Assembly (NCBI GenBank): GCA_016840425.1
Contig: JAEOSI010000111.1
Span: 1-7,412, forward strand
Reading direction: 5' to 3'
Length of the DNA: 7,412 nt
From: Candidatus Wukongarchaeum yapensis
GTDB taxonomy: Archaea > Asgardarchaeota > Wukongarchaeia > Wukongarchaeales > Wukongarchaeaceae
A model generated the notes under the pieces. That model did not search any database and was not told where the DNA came from. It saw nothing but the letters and a program-made list of their open reading frames with translations. Shown in pieces: positions 1-5,569 of this stretch. How positions within the stretch are numbered: position 1 is the stretch's first letter; each line of letters starts with the position of its first letter. The position numbers and the translations under genes are program-made.

Positions 1-6
1 TATTTT

Positions 7-600
7 TTGTCCGATTATTTGGATTTTGATAAGCTGGCTGAGAATGCAAGTAGTTGGGAGTGGGCTTTTTACGATAAGATTAGGAAGAGGAATATTTTTG
101 CATCTTTTAATTTTACAAAGTGTTATCAGTGTGGTAAGTGTGTAGGTATTTGTCCTGCTGCCCAACATTCGAATTTTAATCCCCGACTTATTATTCGAGA
201 TGTATTGTTCGGGGAGCTTCACCGTGTTTTAGATAGTGAAGATATTTGGTTGTGTTTTGACTGTTTTGATTGTAAAGTGAGGTGTCCTATGAATTTAGAT
301 ATTCCAGAGTTGATTCATGCTTTAAGGGTTGAAGCTTTACTTCAAGGTCGCTATCCGAAGCGTTTTAAGACGTTTTTAGAGTTTGGGAGAAACATGTTGG
401 AGACAGGTTCAGCCATTTCTTTGACTTGGAGGGTGAGAAAGGTAAGAAAGCGTTTAGGAATGACTGAAAACCCTATATCCGAACAGGCTGTAGGAGAGCT
501 TAAGGTGATTGCTGAGGAGACCGGTTTGAATGAGCATCTTGATTTTTGTGAATGTTTAATTGAGGAGGAAAAAAAGGATAAACGGTTAACAGTAAAATGA
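7..600 (+). CDS. hdrC: Heterodisulfide reductase subunit C-like 2x[4Fe-4S] protein (5' end uncertain)
   Basis: Two ferredoxin motifs, CYQCGKCVGICP and WLCFDCFDCKVRCP, with HdrC-typical spacing and a helical C-terminus. Lies directly upstream of hdrB. The frame is open to the window edge (TAT TTT TTG), so the TTG at 7 may not be the real start. Confidence 0.88.
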   Translation: MSDYLDFDKLAENASSWEWAFYDKIRKRNIFASFNFTKCYQCGKCVGICPAAQHSNFNPRLIIRDVLFGELHRVLDSEDIWLCFDCFDCKVRCPMNLDIPELIHALRVEALLQGRYPKRFKTFLEFGRNMLETGSAISLTWRVRKVRKRLGMTENPISEQAVGELKVIAEETGLNEHLDFCECLIEEEKKDKRLTVK

Positions 601-636
601 AAGGATGTTGATAAAGGTTCGGATTTTTTAGTTTTT

Positions 637-642
637 GGGTGA
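637..642 (+). promoter_or_regulatory. Shine-Dalgarno site (GGGTGA) for hdrB
   Basis: GGGTGA matches the archaeal SD core GGTGA and sits 7 nt before the ATG at 650. This favours ATG650 over TTG635. Confidence 0.6.
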
Positions 643-649
643 TTTACTG

Positions 650-1597
650 ATGGTTATTAATGAGGAGCGTTTGGAGAAGATACCTTTAGAAGGGCCTTTG
701 TATATATTTAAGAGCTGTGTCTCAAGTAACGTTTATCCCGGGATTGAAGCGTGTACCCGGAAGATTTTGGAAAGTTTAGGGATTTCTGTTGTGGATACGG
801 ATCAACAGACTTGTTGTGGTGGTTTAACCTATTTTACAACTATTTCATCTGAAGATACTTTTTTGGCTACAGTAGCGCGAAACTTTTCAGTGATTGAGGA
901 AATCGCTTCAGACATGCTTGTTATTTGTAATACTTGTTTTAACGCGTTACATTACTTTGAAAAGATCACTGAGGATTTTCCAAACCTTAAGGTGAAGGTT
1001 AATGAGGTTATTTCAAAGATTGGTAGGAATTATAATGAGGGAAAAGTTAGATTTTGGCATATAGCTGAGTTCATATATAAGGCTAAGGATGAGTTAGCGC
1101 GTAAAATTAAGTTTAAATTAAATGGTTTAAAAATTGCTGTTCATTATGGTTGTCGCTATTTACGAGCATGCCAAGAGGTAGCGATAGATAACCCTGAATC
1201 TCCCACTTTTCTGGAAGAAGTAGTGGAAACTTTGGGGGGTACACCTGTAAAATATAAAGAAAAAGATTTATGTTGTGGTTCTGGAAAGATGCAGCGTTAT
1301 ACTGCAAGGGATCTATCTTTACAAATAACTGCTAGAAAAATTGAAAGCATTATTAATGAAGATGCGGATTTAATCCTTGTAGTTTGTCCTTCCTGCTTGG
1401 CTGTGCTTGACAACGCTCAGATGGAACTTGAAATTTTGGAGCGCTTAGACTCAAGGATACCTGTTCTACACATAACACAACTCATAGCTTTATTGTTAGG
1501 ATTCGACCCAAATGAAACACTAGGGATACAAGTGCATACCACGCCCGTAACACCCTTCATCGAAAAACTTATGGAAAACGCAACAGAAGAAGGGTGA
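650..1597 (+). CDS. hdrB: Heterodisulfide reductase subunit B-like protein (two CCG domains)
   Basis: Two cysteine-rich CCG domains: FKSC...TCCGG...ICNTC and HYGC...LCCGSG...VCPSC, plus the C-terminal IPVLHITQLIALLLG typical of HdrB. Start moved from the track's TTG635 to ATG650 on SD evidence (315 aa). Confidence 0.92.
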   Translation: MVINEERLEKIPLEGPLYIFKSCVSSNVYPGIEACTRKILESLGISVVDTDQQTCCGGLTYFTTISSEDTFLATVARNFSVIEEIASDMLVICNTCFNALHYFEKITEDFPNLKVKVNEVISKIGRNYNEGKVRFWHIAEFIYKAKDELARKIKFKLNGLKIAVHYGCRYLRACQEVAIDNPESPTFLEEVVETLGGTPVKYKEKDLCCGSGKMQRYTARDLSLQITARKIESIINEDADLILVVCPSCLAVLDNAQMELEILERLDSRIPVLHITQLIALLLGFDPNETLGIQVHTTPVTPFIEKLMENATEEG

Positions 1598-1637
1598 AAA
1601 ATAAAAAATTAAGGTTTATCAGGGTAATTATCAAATA

Positions 1638-1645
1638 TTTTTTTT
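1638..1645 (+). terminator. Possible oligo-T terminator of hdrCB
   Basis: T8 run about 40 nt after the hdrB stop, followed by a pyrimidine-rich tract. Oligo-T runs are the known archaeal intrinsic termination signal. Confidence 0.35.
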
Positions 1646-1648
1646 ACC

Positions 1649-1656
1649 TTTATTAA
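1649..1656 (+). promoter_or_regulatory. TATA-like box possibly driving the DUF166 gene
   Basis: TTTATTAA lies about 85 nt upstream of ATG1739 and implies a leader of roughly 55-60 nt. The background is AT-rich, so the evidence is weak. Confidence 0.25.
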
Positions 1657-1720
1657 ATTCTTTCAAAAAACTCTCCACTTATTCTTCATCCTAACTTTTT
1701 TCCCTTCGTTAAAAGTTTTC

Positions 1721-1728
1721 GAAGGTGG
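1721..1728 (+). promoter_or_regulatory. Shine-Dalgarno site (GAAGGTGG) for the DUF166 gene
   Basis: Purine-rich AGGTGG ends 10 nt before ATG1739 in an otherwise pyrimidine/AT-rich spacer. Confidence 0.55.
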
Positions 1729-1738
1729 TTATTTTTAA

Positions 1739-2470
1739 ATGGGTGAAAAAGATTCTGTAAATGTTTTAATTATTAATAGAAATAATAATGCGGAGCAGGT
1801 AATTGAAACCATTCGAAAACATGGTAAAAAAGTAAAAATAGTAAAAATTATTGAAGTCTCCTCTATTCTTCCAGATTTTATAGATGAGGACATGGAAAAT
1901 TACATCTCGTTAAGTGATATTCCGGAAGGGGTGGACATACTTTATCCTTTTACAGCTCACCCCGATTTTTCTATTCATTCAGGTTTTCTCGCAAAAAACA
2001 GAGGTATACCTGTTCTCTTGTTTCCCGAGATAGACCCTATAACGAGACAATTGGGTTTAAAACGGGAGGTTGAGCGGATAACTGAAGGGAAAGTTTGCGT
2101 TATTGCGCCTAAAACTACATGTTCGATAACCCCTAGTTCCACTTTGAACTGCTCGAAATTTAACATTTTTGCGGAAGAACTCGGGGTCCCAGAACTTTCG
2201 GTAAAAATCGACGAGAAAACAGGTACTATAGAGAAGGTAGTGGTGCATCGTGGGGCTCCTTGTGGAGCTACGTGGGGCGTTGCTGAGCTTTTAATAGGAA
2301 CCCATTATTCAGACGCGGTTAGACGTGCTGGCCTTTTAACGCAAAGCTACTGTGCCGGTACCCGGGGATATGACCTTATAAAAGGAGCAGGCTCAATTTA
2401 TACGGCTGCAAAAATTCATGCAAAAGCAGTCGAACGCGCCCTTAAAAAGGCTCTAAAAACGGATAAATAA
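1739..2470 (+). CDS. DUF166-family protein (uncharacterised; possible metal/Fe-S binding)
   Basis: Motifs AHPD, PKTTCSI, VHRGAPCGATWGVAELLIG, QSYCAG and AAKIHAKAVERAL match my recollection of the DUF166 (PF02593) consensus. Confidence 0.75.
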   Translation: MGEKDSVNVLIINRNNNAEQVIETIRKHGKKVKIVKIIEVSSILPDFIDEDMENYISLSDIPEGVDILYPFTAHPDFSIHSGFLAKNRGIPVLLFPEIDPITRQLGLKREVERITEGKVCVIAPKTTCSITPSSTLNCSKFNIFAEELGVPELSVKIDEKTGTIEKVVVHRGAPCGATWGVAELLIGTHYSDAVRRAGLLTQSYCAGTRGYDLIKGAGSIYTAAKIHAKAVERALKKALKTDK

Positions 2471-2496
2471 CTGTAATAAAAAAAGAAACGTGAGGC

Positions 2497-2503
2497 TTTA
2501 ATA
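2497..2503 (+). promoter_or_regulatory. TATA-like box for a probably leaderless radical SAM transcript
   Basis: TTTAATA at -34 to -28 relative to ATG2531, with no SD-like sequence before that ATG. Confidence 0.3.
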
Positions 2504-2530
2504 GAAGCGTTCCCTAAAAGGTTTTCGCTA

Positions 2531-3313
2531 ATGATAATAGAAAAATATGAGGCAAAGTCCCTCATTAGAACCTGCTCATCTTCCCTTTTTTCATGGGGTG
2601 AAGCTTATTTAAATCCCTATCAAGGATGCTATCATGATTGTGTATACTGCGACGGTAAATCAGAAGGCTATTACATGCACGCCGATTTCGGTGAACGTAT
2701 ACGTGTTAAGATCAATGCTCCAATTCTATTCGAACAATTTCTAAAAAAGAAAGGTTTTATCCACCTTCATCGTGAAAAAACTTCAACCTTAGTCGACTTT
2801 TTACCCTCTATAAAAGATTCAGTTCAACCCCGTCGACCAGGGAAATTTATTGTTCATATTGGTGGTGGCGTTTGCGACGTCTATCAACCAGCCGAAAAAG
2901 AGATTAAAATCACTCGAAAATTGCTTCAGATTACTTATGACTACAAATTTCCAGTTTTTATTCTCACCAAAAACAAGCTTGTCCTTAGAGATCTTGATCT
3001 TCTTACGAAAATTAACGAAGAAAGCTATGCGAACGTTTCATTCACAATCACTTTAGCTGATGAAAAAACGCAAAAAATCTTTGAACCTAGAGCTAGTACA
3101 ACTCAAGAACGTTTTGAAGCAATCAAGAGACTTCGAGATGAGGGCATTCATTCAGGTGTATATTTTTATCCTACTCTACCATTTATCGGTGATACAGACG
3201 AGAATATGCAGGCAATATATAAACAAGCAAAGAAAGTAGGGGCAGAATTCGTATATTGCTGGGGCTTAACTTTAAAGCCAGTCGTAATAAGCAAGAATTT
3301 TTCCAAACATTAG
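2531..3313 (+). CDS. Radical SAM domain fragment, SPL/COG1533 (Rv2578c-like) family
   Basis: NPYQGCYHDCVYC (CxxxCxxC at 2627-2650), DVYQPAE, ILTKNKLVLRDLDLL, FEPRASTTQERF and PTLPFIGD are characteristic of spore-photoproduct-lyase-like radical SAM proteins. The last ~11 residues are out-of-frame read-through. Confidence 0.85.
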   Translation: MIIEKYEAKSLIRTCSSSLFSWGEAYLNPYQGCYHDCVYCDGKSEGYYMHADFGERIRVKINAPILFEQFLKKKGFIHLHREKTSTLVDFLPSIKDSVQPRRPGKFIVHIGGGVCDVYQPAEKEIKITRKLLQITYDYKFPVFILTKNKLVLRDLDLLTKINEESYANVSFTITLADEKTQKIFEPRASTTQERFEAIKRLRDEGIHSGVYFYPTLPFIGDTDENMQAIYKQAKKVGAEFVYCWGLTLKPVVISKNFSKH

Positions 3314-3717
3314 AAAAGCATTTTCCCTTGCTTCTACCAAAATATGAAAAACTGTACGGTAATGAAGACAAATACGGAAACCTAGATGTTACCCAGGCAA
3401 AAGAAATGAGATTACCATGGCCTGAAGTTAAAGGATACAAACTAGGTTATGAATATGGAATCCCATACGCTGTCAAGCGCTATATTCCAGATGGTCGGAT
3501 TGAAAAAAACCTACAACTCTCAGAAATTCTACTAAAAATTGCATACGTCAAAGGCTTTATCCTTCAGAATTCACGGTCAGAAGTCCGTAAATTAACTCAA
3601 GCATCTATGTTTCTCGAAAACTTTCACCACGATATTTCTAAACTGAAAAGGGAGGAGGTTGAAAAACTCCCTATTTCAAAAAAAATACAGCCATACGTAT
3701 TAGAATTTGTTAAGTAA
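3256..3717 (+). CDS. C-terminal fragment of the radical SAM protein, including a PolX-like HhH region (not an independent gene)
   Basis: Overlaps the upstream ORF in the -1 frame and has no SD. FFQTLEKHFPLLLPKYEKLY is the usual helix following the SPL-like barrel. Confidence 0.65.
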   Translation: MLGLNFKASRNKQEFFQTLEKHFPLLLPKYEKLYGNEDKYGNLDVTQAKEMRLPWPEVKGYKLGYEYGIPYAVKRYIPDGRIEKNLQLSEILLKIAYVKGFILQNSRSEVRKLTQASMFLENFHHDISKLKREEVEKLPISKKIQPYVLEFVK

Positions 3718-3910
3718 AACAAAAGCCGTTATCTTGAAGAACTTGAGGAAAAGGCTTACAAAACTATTTCTAAAGAAACCAACAAAAGTATTGCTTGAAA
3801 GTCATTATATGCATCTTTGGAACATTTAACATTGGCGTATATGACCAGCATAAATGCTATGAAATTTGTTTGTTAAATACCAAGTTATATTCAAGAGTTA
3901 GGAAGAGCGA

Positions 3911-4015
3911 GTGTTTGTGGAAAATTTGCTTGTAAAGTTCCTTGCTTCTTTAATAGTTCTGTTAAGTGAATTCATCAAAATATTGTGGAATACCCTAAGC
4001 AAGGAGTCAAAGTAG
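3911..4015 (+). CDS. Putative 34-aa hydrophobic small protein MFVENLLVKFLASLIVLLSEFIKILWNTLSKESK
   Basis: GTG start preceded by AGGAAGAG (3900-3907) and TTATAT (3885-3890); stop TAG 4013-4015. Below the ORF-track cutoff. T-rich DNA readily yields hydrophobic peptides by chance. Confidence 0.22.
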   Translation: MFVENLLVKFLASLIVLLSEFIKILWNTLSKESK

Positions 4016-4023
4016 ATTCTTAA

Positions 4024-4040
4024 TTAAAAGGGGGAGAGAT
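4024..4040 (-). terminator. Possible pyrimidine-rich terminator after the porD-like gene
   Basis: The minus strand reads ATCTCTCCCCCTTTTAA just after the TAA stop. Confidence 0.3.
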
Positions 4041-4041
4041 T

Positions 4042-4353
4042 TTATTCTCTTACCATTTCAATAGCATCTACTGGACATTCTTTTTCGCAGATACCGCAAC
4101 CCTTGCAGAATTCATAATTTATGTCCAGACGGAGATTATCTCCCTCTTTTGACACCAATACAGCCATATCTGGGCAGAACAGCCAACATTTCATACAACG
4201 GGTGCATTTCTCCTGATTAATCACAGGTTTGAAGCCGCCCCTCCACGAACCTGTTTTGTAGGCTAGACTTGTTGCAGGTTCAGGAACAATGCCTGCAATA
4301 GGAAGCTCGTCCCAAGTAAGTTCAGTTACTTTTAAACTCTTCATTTTTTTCAT
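4042..4353 (-). CDS. porD: 2-oxoacid:ferredoxin oxidoreductase delta subunit-like 2x[4Fe-4S] protein
   Basis: KTGSWR..KPVINQEKCTRCMKCWLFCPD and INYEFCKGCGICEKECPVDAIEM are the PorD/VorD/IorD-family signature. The symbol is family-level only. Confidence 0.88.
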   Translation of the reverse strand: MKKMKSLKVTELTWDELPIAGIVPEPATSLAYKTGSWRGGFKPVINQEKCTRCMKCWLFCPDMAVLVSKEGDNLRLDINYEFCKGCGICEKECPVDAIEMVRE

Positions 4354-4360
4354 CTTTATG

Positions 4361-4366
4361 TCCCCT
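4361..4366 (-). promoter_or_regulatory. Shine-Dalgarno site (AGGGGA) for the porD-like gene
   Basis: 7 nt upstream of ATG4353, which supports the first ATG as start. Confidence 0.55.
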
Positions 4367-4371
4367 TTAAC

Positions 4372-4425
4372 CGTATAAAAGTTGCAGTATTATGGTTTAC
4401 ATTTTTTAATGATTATTCGTATAAA
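4372..4425 (-). promoter_or_regulatory. Two identical TATA-like octamers TTTATACG (4372-4379 and 4418-4425)
   Basis: Exact 8-bp direct repeat, 46 nt apart, upstream of the porD-like gene. Confidence 0.35.
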
Positions 4426-4510
4426 TGTTTTTACTTTCAACAAGTTAATTAAAATGTTTTCTAAAGGGTTTTTAGCATATTTAAAATAAACTTTTAGAAA
4501 AGGATGTAAA

Positions 4511-5479
4511 TTAGACGGGGTAAGCGCCACAGGTTTTGCAAAAGTCTGATTTTTCGGGCACGTTTGCTTGACAATAGGGGCAAGTTTTCTTTTTTGGGTC
4601 ATCGGGTTTTGGCGGGCCAAAGGTGGATCTATAAACTTCGTAATATAAGAGATGTTCCTTGTTGCGGATGGTTACCTTGTCGTCTTCTAGATATTTTTGT
4701 TTTTTTTCGAAAAATTCTTCGTCGGAAATTTTTAAATTAAACTTTTCTGTGAGGAATGTTGAGCCTGAACCGAACTCTATCGGCATTTTCACTCGCCAGA
4801 TCAGTTCGTCTGGAAGACTTCCTTCAAAAGCTTTTCTAAGGATCCACTTGCCATACATCTCTCCCTTTTCCTTCCGAATCTTTAGTGAGGGATCTATCTC
4901 CATAGCAAAGGTTTTAAACTCCGGGTAGAGGAAAGGGATTTTTACCTCTATCCCCAAACTTTTTCCTAATTCAACGCTTGAAAAACGCATCCATTTCCAT
5001 AGTTTTTTGAGCTGTTCTTCAAGCGCTTCTTTGTCTAAGTTGAATAGGATGCTGTATCCTGCGAAAAGTTCGTCAGAACCGTCTCCAGTCATAATAGTGT
5101 TAATTCCGTTTTCTTTTGCTTTTTCTAAACCTATTAGTATGGTTACGCTGTTTCTGATTTCCATCGGGTCAAAAGATCGCATTATTCTTACGACATCTTT
5201 AACCGCTTTAACTGCTTCTTCTTCGTCAAAGTAATGGATGAAGTGTTGTTTTAGTTTTAGGTAATTTGCCATCTTTTTTGCAAACTTTACATCAGGCGCC
5301 TCACCGTCTTTAAAACCCACTGTAAACGCGTTTAACAAACGAACATGTTTGGAAGCAACAAGGGCTACTAGGGAGGTATCTAAGCCGCCTGAAAGCAGGA
5401 TTCCTTCGCCAAGGTTTCGCTTCACAGCTTCTTCGAATAACGATCGAATTTTGTAACAGGTTTCCTCTACTGAAACCAT
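4511..5479 (-). CDS. Asparagine synthetase-like N-type ATP pyrophosphatase lacking the glutaminase domain, with a C-terminal Zn ribbon
   Basis: PP-loop LLSGGLDTS near the N-terminus, plus MTGDGSDELFAGY, KWILRKAF and KMPIEFGSGS (Asn_synthase domain). There is no N-terminal Cys/Ntn domain. The C-terminus is CPYC-x10-CKTC. Confidence 0.85.
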   Translation of the reverse strand: MVSVEETCYKIRSLFEEAVKRNLGEGILLSGGLDTSLVALVASKHVRLLNAFTVGFKDGEAPDVKFAKKMANYLKLKQHFIHYFDEEEAVKAVKDVVRIMRSFDPMEIRNSVTILIGLEKAKENGINTIMTGDGSDELFAGYSILFNLDKEALEEQLKKLWKWMRFSSVELGKSLGIEVKIPFLYPEFKTFAMEIDPSLKIRKEKGEMYGKWILRKAFEGSLPDELIWRVKMPIEFGSGSTFLTEKFNLKISDEEFFEKKQKYLEDDKVTIRNKEHLLYYEVYRSTFGPPKPDDPKKKTCPYCQANVPEKSDFCKTCGAYPV

Positions 5480-5487
5480 AGACTAAT

Positions 5488-5494
5488 CTTCCTT
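5488..5494 (-). promoter_or_regulatory. Shine-Dalgarno-like site (AAGGAAG) for the Asn-synthase-like gene
   Basis: 8 nt upstream of ATG5479. Confidence 0.4.
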
Positions 5495-5569
5495 AATCGT
5501 TTTTACTGTAGATATTGGTTTTCTGTTGTTTGCCAGCGTGGCCGTTTATATCTTTTTCTTTTTTCTGTT

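Larger units (their letters stand above)
2531..3798 (+). pseudogene. Interrupted SPL-like radical SAM gene (about 422 aa if repaired) with one -1 frameshift and one in-frame stop
   Basis: ORF 2531-3313 loses its plausible sequence after GLTLKP, and the -1 frame continues with RNKQEFFQTLEKHFP. After TAA 3715-3717 the same frame continues NKSRYLEELEEKAYKTISKETNKSIA to TGA 3796-3798. This could be a true pseudogene, sequencing error or recoding. Confidence 0.65.

Noticed and set aside
635-649. TTG635 as hdrB start (ORF track)
   Set aside because: The SD-like GGGTGA lies inside this extension and is correctly spaced for ATG650.
598-1597. Selenocysteine read-through at the TGA stops of hdrC (598-600) and hdrB (1595-1597)
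   Set aside because: Both TGAs follow complete domains with charged tails, are not at Cys positions, and are soon followed by further in-frame stops.
1113-3440. Short overlapping ORFs 1113-1307(-), 1975-2166(-), 2057-2248(-), 2850-3056(+), 3183-3440(-)
   Set aside because: They are shadow frames of well-supported genes, with no recognisable motifs or translation signals.
3715-3717. Genome-wide TAA reassignment as the explanation for the internal stop
   Set aside because: TAA terminates the DUF166, porD-like, AsnB-like and Fe-S genes at sensible domain ends.
3841-3864. AUGA...AAA...UGA pattern resembling a eukaryote/Asgard-type SECIS or K-turn
   Set aside because: The helix is only 4-5 bp (SECIS needs about 11-13), there is no flanking lower stem, and no Sec-type TGA is nearby.
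4457-4501. Inverted repeat TTTTCTAAA...TTTAGAAAA downstream of the AsnB-like gene
   Set aside because: It is almost all A/T in a very AT-rich spacer, so likely by chance. It could be a weak terminator but is not supportable.
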